DNA of 64,000 nucleotides from an uncultured delta proteobacterium (GCA_963789115.1 CAWBJH010000002.1:447412-511411), one strand, 5' to 3'. Positions 46,964 to 56,494 are shown, numbered from the stretch's first letter. Made by a program: numbers and translations. Notes: generated by a model not told the origin, from the letters alone.

Positions 46964-47734
46964 GTGAAAGCGCTCGTGCTGGCGGCGGGCAGAGGAGAGC
47001 GGCTCCGGCCGCTGACCGAAAAAACTCCCAAGGTAATGCTCGAGGTCGGCGGACGTCCGCTGATTCATTATCCGCTGATGCTTCTGCGGCGCGCCGGAAT
47101 CACCCGCGTGGCGATAAACGTTCATCACCTGGCCGCCAAAATCGAAAAGGCCCTTGCGCGCGGCGACGGCCTCGGGATCGAGATTACTTACGCGCCCGAG
47201 CCCGTGCTGTTCGGCACCGGCGGCCCGATTCTGGCGCTGCGCGGATATCTCGGCGATGAGTCGTTCGTGGTCGCCAACGCCGACACCATCCTCGACCTCG
47301 ACCTCGCAGCCATGATCCGGTTCCATCGCAGCCGTGGTGCGGTCGTGACGATCGCGCTTCATCGTCCGCCCAACCTCGACGATTACAGCCGGCTCGAAAT
47401 CGACGCCGAGGCCAAGCTCCGCCGCATCCGCCTGCTCAATCCGAAGGCCCCCGGCGGATTCGACGACTATCCGCGCGATCTCGACCCCGGCGTTACGCTG
47501 AGCGCCTACATGTACTGCGGGGTATGCGTATTGGAGCCAGCGGTGTTCGCGATGATGCCCTCGACGCCGCCGTTTTCGCTGATGGGCGACGTGATTGCGC
47601 CGATGGTGGCCAAAGGGATGCCAATCCTCGGCTACGTGCATCGCGGTTTTTTCCGCACCGTGGACGACCTCAAGAGCTACCAGGCTCTGCGCGCGGAGTT
47701 CGCCGCGAATCCGCCGCGCCTGGATTTCATCTGA
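46964..47734 (+). CDS. Nucleotidyltransferase (MurU-like sugar-1-phosphate uridylyltransferase candidate)
   Basis: GTG start, then KALVLAAGRGERLRPLTEKTPKVMLEVGGRPLI. Confidence 0.75.
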   Translation: MKALVLAAGRGERLRPLTEKTPKVMLEVGGRPLIHYPLMLLRRAGITRVAINVHHLAAKIEKALARGDGLGIEITYAPEPVLFGTGGPILALRGYLGDESFVVANADTILDLDLAAMIRFHRSRGAVVTIALHRPPNLDDYSRLEIDAEAKLRRIRLLNPKAPGGFDDYPRDLDPGVTLSAYMYCGVCVLEPAVFAMMPSTPPFSLMGDVIAPMVAKGMPILGYVHRGFFRTVDDLKSYQALRAEFAANPPRLDFI

Positions 47735-47843
47735 CGCCCCATGACGTCCCACCGCCGATCAGCGGACATTTCGATAGACGGCGGATCTCAACGCCGTGAG
47801 ATTCTCCGCGCTCGGAATGACTGGAACTTGACCAGTCTTTTTC

Positions 47844-47871
47844 TGAAGTGGCGGCGGGCGTCCCGCCCGCC
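47844..47871. repeat. Solo REP: TGAAGTGGCGGCGGGCG-TCC-CGCCCGCC
   Basis: Matches the 5' REP of the RAYT units, including the TGAAGTGG flank. One loop nucleotide differs. Confidence 0.75.
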
Positions 47872-47875
47872 GAGT

Positions 47876-48251
47876 CTAGTGTCCTGAGTGGGAAGTTCGT
47901 TGACAAACTCGCCGATGGACCTTCTTCAATGGCCTCTCCCAGATGGGAGAGGCCGACGGTCGCTGCGACCGTCGGGTGAGGGACCGCAGCGTCGCTGCGC
48001 CAGCAGCGACATTTGGTTGCGCCCGCGCTTTTTCGCCAGGGCTAACCACGCAACGGCCGGAGCGCTTCGATCCTCGGCGCCGCGCAGCCAAAATGCGGCG
48101 CCGCAAGGTCCCTCACCCCGGCCCTCTCCCAGCTTTGCAGGGAGAGGGCGAAGAAGAACTCTCGAGCTTTGGTGCGGAAGTTGCGCAAAGCTCTTGGCAA
48201 GCCCGGAGCGGGTTCAAAATTACTCCGCGAACTTCTAACTCAGGACACTAG
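47876..48251. mobile_element. MITE-like element, family B, copy 2 (376 bp)
   Basis: Perfect 14-bp terminal inverted repeats CTAGTGTCCTGAGT..ACTCAGGACACTAG. Confidence 0.85.
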
Positions 48252-48535
48252 CAGGGTGCGGAAAAACGCTTTCGAGACGAGACATTTCGCCGATGGCAGA
48301 AGCACCCTGCACGAAAAGTGGTTTTCACCGACACGCTCGCTCCGCTCGATCTTTCACCGCCATGCTCGCCCCGCTCGGTAGGCCGGCAAGCTCCCACCGG
48401 CTCGAACGAAGTGAGCATCGCGGTGAAAAAACCTCAATCTTCTCCCCCTGACCAGGGGGAGATAAACATGTCCTGCGCGGAGCCGAAGGAAGAGGGGGGA
48501 GCAGGCTGCGGAAACTTTTTCCGCAGCCTGCTGAG
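48248..48535. mobile_element. MITE-like element, family A, copy 3 (inverted relative to 6471-6705)
   Basis: Starts on the same CTAG that ends MITE B2. Ends with the AGCAGGCTGCGGAAA..TTTCCGCAGCCTGCT hairpin. Confidence 0.8.
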
Positions 48536-48599
48536 CCCGAAAACCTCAGTTCCGGGTTCCTAGGTTGAGAAACGGACGCACAAAAAGAACCCGTGACTT

Positions 48600-51269
48600 T
48601 TATGGCTTTAGCTGGTCCTTACGGCGCTTCTCCGTCTCCCTGCGGCGGTCGATGAGCTTTTTCGAAAACGCTCGCAACTCGTTGATGTCAGAGAATAATT
48701 CATCAGGCGCAGGGCGATCATGATGGAACGCTTTGGATTTGTCGTGACCCGTCATCCAGGTGCTGGCCTTCGACATGTGGAGATCGACCTGATTGATGTC
48801 GGAGTCTTCAATGTCGACCTCGATGAGCTTAAGTGTCTGCACGCTGTTCCGATATCGACAGACCACGTTGTAGAACAGGTCATCCTCAACGCAAGATTCC
48901 CAAGCTTCGCGCAACAGCCCGTAGACGCGGGCCGCCTGTTCGTTGTACTCGGTCATCTTATCCTGATACAGCGGCTTGATCTTGTGTACCAGTTCCTCAA
49001 GGTACTGCGCCCGTTGTTTGACCTTCATGGCATGCCACGGCGCTCCCTCGGTCGTTATGCCAGCCGATTTGCCGCCACGGCTCAGCGTATGCACGGTGAT
49101 AGCGACAGGCGTACCGGCCTTGGCCAGCGTCTCGCACGCGTCCTGAAGTTCCATCAGGAAGGCGATGTTGTGCGTGAAGATGATGACTTGCCGTGTCAGC
49201 CCTTCCTGCGCGAGCCGCGCGGCGATCCTCCCGGTGAACACATGGTCCAGCGAAGATACGGGATCGTCTAAGACAACAGCGTTCGCATGCGGAGCAAGCT
49301 TAAGCTCCGCCAAAAAGCCAGCGATCGCGATGACACGCGCTTCGCCTTCACTGAGGACTTGCGACGTATGTGCCCGGCCCAGCGCGTTGGCACCTACCAG
49401 CACCATCTCGTGCGCGGTCGCGCCAACGTCTCCGCTGGGCTTCACCGATATGGGCACGCGCGTTGCGCCCAACGCGGTTAATTCCCTTTTGAAAGCATTC
49501 AACAGCTCTGGGGTTAGGTTTTTGCGGATTAGAGTTGTGCCTTGCCGTGTGATCTCCTGCGTGCGAAGGGTGTCGGCGGCGCAACGAAGGTCGGCGTTGC
49601 GCTTGGCTTTCGCGACGAACGCACCGATATCGGCCTTCCTTAGGCTTAGCGCTTTGCGCGATTTGAGTTGCGCGACGTTGGCGAGGAGTTTCTTGTACTC
49701 CTCAGGCTTAGCGGCATTTGTGATGTCAGTTGCCTTTCGGGTGAGCGTCTGCGCAATTTCTCGCAGTGCCGTCTCAGGTGAGGCAGGCCAGGGTGTCAAT
49801 AATGCCACCTTCTCCAGAGCTTCGCCCTCCTTAAGTAACGCGAGTGCTGCGGTCTTTCGGGCGGCAACCCTTGTGTGATACGTGCGGAGGTCGTCTGCCG
49901 CCTTGGCGTCCAGACTGGCCAACTCATCGCAGATGGATTCGAGCGGCGGGCCTGACAAAGGTGATAAAGCTTCTATTTTTTCGCGGAGGAGCCTCAGCGC
50001 ATCGCGCCTGGCTGTGAGCACGGCGTTGGTGGCGTCCTCCATAAACTTCTTGAACCGAGCAAAACGGGCAACTGCTTCCTGGCCAAGTGGCTGCTGACAT
50101 AAAACGCAAACCGCATCGATTGTTTTTGGAAAGGGTTCGCCCGGATAGGCTATCTCCTCGGAATATTGTTTCGCCGCCTTGTAGAGAATTTCCCATTGAT
50201 TCGTTGACGCGACACCCGGCAGTGGTTCAGGCGCCTGCCGTTCGGCTACGGCAGCCGCGTGTGCGAGCCGGGCGGCGTTCAACTCGGTCAAAACCTTCGC
50301 GATCGCTTCGTTCGTGAGATCCGCGCACGCGGCAGCGAGTCCTGACGCCGTGCCGGCCGCACTGTTGACGCGCCCCTTGACCTTCTCCAGGCGGGCGACC
50401 TCTTGAGTCGCTTTCGTGGAATCTGACGTTCGCGCAAGCTCTTCATGGGTTGTGAGTTCTAGTTCATCCTGTGGAGTCCAGTTGGTCGCCGATTGGATGA
50501 CCGCGTCTTTAGTGGTCTCGGACAAAGATTCGAGAAAGGTCGCTGATGGTGTGCCTGCCACCACGGCTGAATCTTGGACCGGCACAAGCTCCGCCACCTC
50601 AGCTTCCAAATCAGTCTTGACCCTCAGCACTGTCTCAGCCGTCTTTTGGAAAACGTCGGCACCGTAGGGGAGGTAGGCGATTTCGTTGCGGTCATCTGTT
50701 ATAACCCGAGCGCAGCGGCCGTCGAATACGGTGATATTTGTTAAGACAGGGTCAGGGGCGGTGCCCTGGGTCCAGGTGATATCCTTTGCAGTGGCGTCCT
50801 GTTTGATTTTCAGTGTCGCGGTGGGCGTACCGGTCGGTACTGCTGCGAACACATTCGGAAGGATACGCTCGTCCTTGTCGCGGGCCTGGCAAGCCAGTTT
50901 CAGGATTCGAGAGTAGCCGGACTTGCCGGAGCCATTGTCGCCATACACCACCGTGACGCCACTCTCGGCGAACGGCTGCGTTTGGCCGGACTTAATAATG
51001 TTTACGTTGCGGACGTCGTCAATCGACAGGAGTTTCACCGCGACCGTCGTTGCCGGAACGCCGGAGAACTGGCCCGGAGCGGGAGGAAAAGGCTTCAGAT
51101 TGTCCGGAGGCGGTACGAGCTTCAAATCGGCTTTGGCGAGAGCCAATATCTCCGAGTAATCCTGAGCGGTGAGCGGCGGCTCCCCCGCTAGCAGGAGGCG
51201 CCGGACGGCATCGCCCTGCCAGGCGGGCAGCGTGTTAGCCCACGCGATCACGTCGTCAATGGTAGCCAT
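48600..51269 (-). CDS. RloC/PrrC-like ABC (AAA_13-type) ATPase with Rad50-like coiled-coil and CxxC insert
   Basis: 889 aa. Walker A GDNGSGKSG (50916-50942), CVLC (50097-50108), signature LSEGEARVIAIAGF, Walker B AVVLDDPVSSLD, H-loop IIFTHN, and a C-terminal ~190-aa domain with R-x3-E (LLREAWE). Confidence 0.75.
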   Translation of the reverse strand: MATIDDVIAWANTLPAWQGDAVRRLLLAGEPPLTAQDYSEILALAKADLKLVPPPDNLKPFPPAPGQFSGVPATTVAVKLLSIDDVRNVNIIKSGQTQPFAESGVTVVYGDNGSGKSGYSRILKLACQARDKDERILPNVFAAVPTGTPTATLKIKQDATAKDITWTQGTAPDPVLTNITVFDGRCARVITDDRNEIAYLPYGADVFQKTAETVLRVKTDLEAEVAELVPVQDSAVVAGTPSATFLESLSETTKDAVIQSATNWTPQDELELTTHEELARTSDSTKATQEVARLEKVKGRVNSAAGTASGLAAACADLTNEAIAKVLTELNAARLAHAAAVAERQAPEPLPGVASTNQWEILYKAAKQYSEEIAYPGEPFPKTIDAVCVLCQQPLGQEAVARFARFKKFMEDATNAVLTARRDALRLLREKIEALSPLSGPPLESICDELASLDAKAADDLRTYHTRVAARKTAALALLKEGEALEKVALLTPWPASPETALREIAQTLTRKATDITNAAKPEEYKKLLANVAQLKSRKALSLRKADIGAFVAKAKRNADLRCAADTLRTQEITRQGTTLIRKNLTPELLNAFKRELTALGATRVPISVKPSGDVGATAHEMVLVGANALGRAHTSQVLSEGEARVIAIAGFLAELKLAPHANAVVLDDPVSSLDHVFTGRIAARLAQEGLTRQVIIFTHNIAFLMELQDACETLAKAGTPVAITVHTLSRGGKSAGITTEGAPWHAMKVKQRAQYLEELVHKIKPLYQDKMTEYNEQAARVYGLLREAWESCVEDDLFYNVVCRYRNSVQTLKLIEVDIEDSDINQVDLHMSKASTWMTGHDKSKAFHHDRPAPDELFSDINELRAFSKKLIDRRRETEKRRKDQLKP

Positions 51270-51404
51270 TGAATTCTCCCGCAAGACGCACCTCGTCCGG
51301 CAGGCAAGAGGGAGTTGTGGGGTGGGTCATGCGTTGCTTCTAAGCCTCTGTTTTCGTCATCTGGTCAAGTTCGGGTCTAATCCAGCGTTGGTACAGCGTC
51401 CCCG

Positions 51405-52907
51405 TCAGCCCTCCCTGGAAACGTTTTCATCAGAATCTTCGGTCGGTGGCGTGGTCAGGACGCCCTCAACGAGCATCGATGGCATCGGTCTTTTGGTTTG
51501 GACGCCCAAACTGCGAATGCGTTCACCGATTGAGAGCGCATTGCCTTTCCCTGTCGAGAGCCGTTTCACCGCTTCGTTGTGAGCATTCAACGCACCTGTG
51601 ATCTTCTCGGCGACGCCGTTCAAGTCAATAAGGCTCGCGCTCACTTTGTCGCACAAGTCGCCCGCTAGGCCCGCAATCGCCTGCGCATTTTGGCCCTGTA
51701 GTTCATAGCGCCAAATCGACGCAACAGTGCGCATCGTCATAAGCAGCGTCGGAGGACCAACCAGCACGACACGACGATCCCACGCATACGTGAAAAGCTC
51801 GGGTTCCCTCGTCAGCGCTGCGGCCAGCGCACCCTCGATCGGTACAAACATCAAGACGCAATCGTGCGCCTGTAACTTTTCATTTTCCTGATAGCGCTTG
51901 CCGGCAAGTCCGTCGATATGACCTTTAACATCCCGCACAAACTGATCGGCGCAGGCTGCCCTCTCGGTTTCGTCCTTCGCTGCAATCACCCGCTCGTAAG
52001 ACGTAAGAGGGACCTTTGAATCGACGATCATCGTCCGCTCCTCTGGAAGCATGACAATGATGTCCGGTTTTTGGGCACCACCGGCCTCGCTCTTGAGGCC
52101 CAATCCGCGCCCTTGAGAGATGTATTCCCTGCCCTCCGTGAGGCCTGCCGCTTCGAGAATGCGTTCCAAGGCCAGTTCGCCCCACCGGCCGAGGAGCTGA
52201 GAATCGCCTCTCAGTGCCTTTGCGAGCCCGTCTGCTTGGTTACCGATCGCATAGCTCGTTTCGACGATATGTTTGATCTGCTCTTTGAGCGAGAGAACTT
52301 CACGGCTTTCTGCTTTGTAGGTGGTTTCGACCTTTTCCTGAAAATCCTTGATTCGTTCGCGTAGCGGATCGAGGATGGCGGCCAACGCCTTTTGTGAATT
52401 CTCTGAAAGCTCGGTGGCATTCGCTTTCAGGATGCGGTTTGCGATGTTCTCAAATTCCGCCGTCAATTCTTTCTGCAGATCGGCAAGCTGCGCCGTCTGC
52501 GTTTCGATTTTTTGCGTCAGAGCGCTCTCACGCTCCTTGAGCCGCGCAACTTCGGCTCCCGCCGCCTTCGCCTCACTCGCAGCCCCATCGCGCTGAGTCT
52601 CAAGGGCGCTGTTCTGCTTCGCTTGGTCTTCGATCTGTTTCGTGAGGCCGGCAACGCGCTCGGTTAGTCGTGCGACTTCCTCCCCTAAGCTCTTTGCTTC
52701 CTCAACAGCGGCCTTGTGTTCGACATCAAGTTGATTTGCCCGGCCCCGAAGCGCAATGCATTCCTGGTCGAGCCGAACAATTTCTGTTTGGGCCTTGGCC
52801 AGTACATCCCGGTCACTTTCGCGAACTGTCGGCCAGACATATCGTCCAAGCGCAATGCCTAAAGCGACGGCGAGAACACCAATGGTTATGAGAAGTGCAA
52901 CCTCCAT
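51405..52907 (-). CDS. rmuC: DNA recombination protein RmuC (N-terminal TM anchor, coiled coil, PD-(D/E)xK-type nuclease domain)
   Basis: 500 aa from MEVALLITIG. Contains RWGELALERILE and PDIIVMLPEERTMIVDSKVPL. RBS GGAGGA lies upstream of the ATG at 52907. Confidence 0.85.
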   Translation of the reverse strand: MEVALLITIGVLAVALGIALGRYVWPTVRESDRDVLAKAQTEIVRLDQECIALRGRANQLDVEHKAAVEEAKSLGEEVARLTERVAGLTKQIEDQAKQNSALETQRDGAASEAKAAGAEVARLKERESALTQKIETQTAQLADLQKELTAEFENIANRILKANATELSENSQKALAAILDPLRERIKDFQEKVETTYKAESREVLSLKEQIKHIVETSYAIGNQADGLAKALRGDSQLLGRWGELALERILEAAGLTEGREYISQGRGLGLKSEAGGAQKPDIIVMLPEERTMIVDSKVPLTSYERVIAAKDETERAACADQFVRDVKGHIDGLAGKRYQENEKLQAHDCVLMFVPIEGALAAALTREPELFTYAWDRRVVLVGPPTLLMTMRTVASIWRYELQGQNAQAIAGLAGDLCDKVSASLIDLNGVAEKITGALNAHNEAVKRLSTGKGNALSIGERIRSLGVQTKRPMPSMLVEGVLTTPPTEDSDENVSREG

Positions 52908-52951
52908 GTGGTTTCCTCCAATTGGTCTGCCCCCACCCCGACTTACCCGCA

Positions 52952-52957
52952 ATTATA
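52952..52957 (-). promoter_or_regulatory. Perfect TATAAT -10 hexamer, 45 nt upstream of the rmuC start
   Basis: Reverse complement of ATTATA at 52952-52957. The -35 region is poor. Confidence 0.3.
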
Positions 52958-53134
52958 AGCTGGAATTTCCGTTTTGACTCCTCGGTTCCTCGTTAACGCG
53001 ATTGCCAACCTTGAAGGAATCTGTTGATCGCTGCCTGCACGTCAGGCATTGACGCAAGCCGACGCTGCTCGATCGCCTCAACTTCGCCGGCCGAGCACAC
53101 GGGACGGCACCCCGCGCCCGGTACGTGGCGCTCA

Positions 53135-53854
53135 TCATCTGGCGAACAGGCGGCCGGCGGCGTAGGTTACTGCGGCGGCCGCGATTCCGGTGGCCATGCT
53201 CTCGAGCCCGCTCAACCACCATCGACGCGCCGTGATGATCGTCTTGGCGGCGCCGACTGCGAACAATGCCGCCGCGGCAGCGGCCGCGGACATCAGCACG
53301 CCCGTCGCCGGCATCATAAAGAAATAGGGCGAGAGCGGCACCAGCGCGCCGACCAGGTAGGCAAGACCGACGGTAAGCCCGGAACGGATCGGCGGGTCGA
53401 ACGATTCCTCGGAAAACCCCAGCTCCTCGCGCATCATCACGTTGCGCCATCGCTCCGGGTCGCCGGTGACATGCGCGACGATCTGATCGAGCAGCGCGCC
53501 GGTGAAGCCCTTGGCCCTGTAAATGGCACGGATTTCCTCGCGCTCGCGCTCGGGCCATCGTTCGATCTCGTCGCGTTCGCGCGCGACCTCGCTCTGGAAG
53601 AACTCGATCTGGGAACGCGCGGAGACCAGCGCCGCCAACCCCATCGAGACCGCCCCGCCGAGCATCTCCGCCAACCCCGCCATCACCACCACGCTGCTCG
53701 AGTTGAACGCGCCGGCGACGCCCGAGGTTACCGCGAACGAGGCCACCATCCCATCGTTCAGCCCCAGCATCAGGTCGCGGAGGCTGCGGCCGCCGGGCGC
53801 GTGGACCTGCTCGGTGTGATGGTCGTACTCGCGCTTGCGAATCGCGATCGCCAT
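53135..53854 (-). CDS. VIT1/CCC1-family iron/manganese transporter
   Basis: LRDLMLGLNDGMVASFAVTSGVAGA and C-terminal TM helices. Confidence 0.8.
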   Translation of the reverse strand: MAIAIRKREYDHHTEQVHAPGGRSLRDLMLGLNDGMVASFAVTSGVAGAFNSSSVVVMAGLAEMLGGAVSMGLAALVSARSQIEFFQSEVARERDEIERWPEREREEIRAIYRAKGFTGALLDQIVAHVTGDPERWRNVMMREELGFSEESFDPPIRSGLTVGLAYLVGALVPLSPYFFMMPATGVLMSAAAAAAALFAVGAAKTIITARRWWLSGLESMATGIAAAAVTYAAGRLFAR

Positions 53855-53863
53855 TGCGCGATC

Positions 53864-53971
53864 CTAGTGCCGTTCCAACTTGTTGGCCCTAACGCCGGCA
53901 GCCGCGACGAGGAGCGCAAGGTGGAGGACTTGTTGCATGGTTTCAGGCCGAAAAAGTTGGAACGGCACTAG
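53864..53971. mobile_element. MITE-like element, family C, copy 2 (108 bp)
   Basis: CTAGTGCCGTTCCAAC..GTTGGAACGGCACTAG. The terminal CTA at 53968-53970 is the stop codon of the LPS-kinase gene. Confidence 0.85.
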
Positions 53972-54801
53972 CCCCGGCGCACGTTGGATGAGGCGAGTGC
54001 GGCATCGCGCCGCGCATCGGCGTTCGCCGGCCGCCGCTGCCGGTAGCGGTCCTCACGCGCGCGACGTCTGAGCAGCGCGCCCACCAGCTCGCGAGCCCTT
54101 TGCCGCTCGGGCCGCCCGCCCAGGTAAGCATACAGGAAGCGCAGCCGCGCTGAACGGCTCAGAAAGCGCCCCACGCTGCGGTCCAGTTGGACCAGGTTAC
54201 GCTCGCGCGGGCGCCATCGGACACGCCGCGGACTGCGAAGGCGGTCGAGATCGACGAAGTAGATCCGGCACTCGCCCCCGGCCTCTTCCAGCATCAAATT
54301 GGTCTCTTGCAGGTCGGAGCTGAAAAGTCCCGCCTCGTGGAATCTGCGGACCTCCCGAGCGACTGCCTTGAGGATGCCTGCGCGCCATCGCGCCTCGGGC
54401 TCCGGCGAGCGCCCACGGATCTTGAGGAAGGCGCTGAAGGTCGCAGCGCGGAAAAGCGCCTCGCTCACGAGGTAGCTCGTGGAGATGCCGCCGGCGTCGA
54501 TCACTTCGGCTGCGGCGTAGGGCTCGGGCCGGCGAAAGCCGCGCGACTCGAGCAACTCGGCGCCTTGAAGCGAACGGCGGGCGCGTGAGCCTCGGACTCT
54601 CGCCCACAATCCGCGGCCCCGCGAGCCGGCCTCGAAGCGCTTGATAAAGGCGCGGGCGCCGTTTTCCAGCGCAACGAAGCCGGCGCGGGTGCGCCCCTCA
54701 TCCTTGACCGGCTCGAACCCCGCGCCACGTATCAGCGCCTCGGCACGCATCGCCGCTTCCGCCCAGACCGGCGATTGCGCGTAGATCACCCGCGTACGCA
54801 T
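53968..54801 (-). CDS. Lipopolysaccharide kinase (Kdo/WaaP) family protein
   Basis: FIKRF.., FHEAGLFSSDLQETNLML, then YFVDLD. Confidence 0.7.
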   Translation of the reverse strand: MRTRVIYAQSPVWAEAAMRAEALIRGAGFEPVKDEGRTRAGFVALENGARAFIKRFEAGSRGRGLWARVRGSRARRSLQGAELLESRGFRRPEPYAAAEVIDAGGISTSYLVSEALFRAATFSAFLKIRGRSPEPEARWRAGILKAVAREVRRFHEAGLFSSDLQETNLMLEEAGGECRIYFVDLDRLRSPRRVRWRPRERNLVQLDRSVGRFLSRSARLRFLYAYLGGRPERQRARELVGALLRRRAREDRYRQRRPANADARRDAALASSNVRRG

Positions 54802-54851
54802 CCGGCGAACAGGGTAGCGAATCCGCGACGGCGCGGGCTACGCGCGCCCGG

Positions 54852-55400
54852 CTACTTCGACTCCGGCGTGCCCTCGGGATGCATCATCCCGGGGTGCATC
54901 CCGTGATGCATCCCGTGTTGCATCATTATGCCGATCATCCTGGAATGGACCACGAGCTGGCCGCCTATGTGCGCCGGATGGAGCTGGCAGAAGTACGGGA
55001 ACACACCGGGTTTGTCGGCGGTAAAGTGGATCACCACCGGCGTGCCGCGGGTCACGAGGGTGACGATGTTATAGTCGGGAATCGTAAAGCCGTGCTGATT
55101 CTCCGGACCCGGCACCTGGTTCTTGAGGGTCAACTTCACCTTGTCACCCTCATCGACGATGATCGTGCTGGGCAGCCAGAACTTGGTTTCGCCGATCAGC
55201 ACGGAGACCAGCGTGAACTTCTTCACTGCGGCGGCCGGTGCGGCAGGTGCGGCCTCCTTGGGCGCAGGGCTCGCCTGCGCAGCCGAGCCGGCCTCAGCCG
55301 CGGGCGGGGCCTGCTGGGCGCGGGCATAGGAAGCGACCAGGAGAAACGCGATTCCTCCCGCCGCCGCCAGTAATCCAGCTCTCCTCATCATCGCTCGCAT
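54852..55400 (-). CDS. Secreted cupredoxin-like copper protein with a His/Met-rich tail
   Basis: Signal peptide ..ASYARAQ. Candidate type-1 Cu ligands in FPYFCQLHPAHIGGQL. Tail reads MMQHGMHHGMHPGMMHPE. Confidence 0.65.
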   Translation of the reverse strand: MRAMMRRAGLLAAAGGIAFLLVASYARAQQAPPAAEAGSAAQASPAPKEAAPAAPAAAVKKFTLVSVLIGETKFWLPSTIIVDEGDKVKLTLKNQVPGPENQHGFTIPDYNIVTLVTRGTPVVIHFTADKPGVFPYFCQLHPAHIGGQLVVHSRMIGIMMQHGMHHGMHPGMMHPEGTPESK

Positions 55401-55443
55401 GTTCCTCTCCCTCCGTTTTGGAAATGGTGTTTTCGGGCCGTCT

Positions 55444-56463
55444 TCAGCCGTTGAACTGTTTGGTCAGCCTGCGCCATTCGGCGTCGTCGACTCCCGCGCG
55501 ATACGGGATATAGAACCCGACCCGGTCCAGCAATCCCTCGTAGCGCGCCTTGACCTTGGCGCCGATCTCGTCGAAGGTGCCCGCGACCGCGTAGACGTCG
55601 AGCATCTCGTCCGTGATCTCGTTAGCCATCCCGGTCCAGTCGCCCTTGGCGGCCTTTTCGTTGAGCCGCTGCGAGACCTCGCCAAAGCCGTGGGTATCGA
55701 GCACGACCTTGTAGGTGCGCGTCGAGGCATAGAAGGCGATCTGCTGGCGCACGCCGGCCTTGGCCCGCTCGATCTCGTCCTTGCTCTTGCCGACGATTGC
55801 GAAAGCGGTAGTCGCGATCGAGAAATCCTTGCGGCTGCGTCCGGACTTTTTGAGTCCGATTTCGACGTTGGGGATCACGAACTCGCGCAGGTACTTGGGC
55901 GAGTTGAAAGGATGGGCGTGCAGGCCCTCGCACAGCTCGCCCGCGAGCCTGCAGATGTATTTGTTCACGCCCGCGATATAGATGGGGATGTTCGCATAGT
56001 CGTGGCGCTGCGGCGTGAAGAAGGGCGTCATCAGCGAGAAGTTGTAGTACTTGCCCTCGTACTTGAGCCGCGTGCCGCCCTCGGCCCAGCATTTGAAGAT
56101 TGCGCGTAGCGATTGGATGTACTCGCGCAGGCGCGGCACCGGCGCCTCCCACTTGACGCTGAAGCGCCGCTCGATGTGTCCCTTGACCTGTGTGCCGAGC
56201 CCCAGGATGAAGCGTCCCTGCGAGAGCCCGGCCAGGTCCCACGCCGTATGGGCGATCGCCATGGGGCTGCGCGCGAACGCGATGGCGACCGCAGTGCCCA
56301 TCTTGACCCGCCGGGTGTGCTCCGCGATCAGCGCGAGCGGCAGGAAGCCGTCGTTGCCGGCCTCGGGCGTCCAGATCGCATCGAAACCGGCCTCTTCCGC
56401 CGCCTTGGCGGCGGCGGGAACCTCGCGCAAATCGCGCGCCATCAAACCCGTGTCGAGTTTCAT
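55444..56463 (-). CDS. LLM-class (luciferase-like) F420-dependent oxidoreductase
   Basis: 339 aa. AEEAGFDAIWTPE and FILGLGTQVKGHIERRF are typical of the LLM family. Confidence 0.75.
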   Translation of the reverse strand: MKLDTGLMARDLREVPAAAKAAEEAGFDAIWTPEAGNDGFLPLALIAEHTRRVKMGTAVAIAFARSPMAIAHTAWDLAGLSQGRFILGLGTQVKGHIERRFSVKWEAPVPRLREYIQSLRAIFKCWAEGGTRLKYEGKYYNFSLMTPFFTPQRHDYANIPIYIAGVNKYICRLAGELCEGLHAHPFNSPKYLREFVIPNVEIGLKKSGRSRKDFSIATTAFAIVGKSKDEIERAKAGVRQQIAFYASTRTYKVVLDTHGFGEVSQRLNEKAAKGDWTGMANEITDEMLDVYAVAGTFDEIGAKVKARYEGLLDRVGFYIPYRAGVDDAEWRRLTKQFNG

Positions 56464-56494
56464 TTTCGCTGCTCCCCGCTCCGGTTTGCGGACT

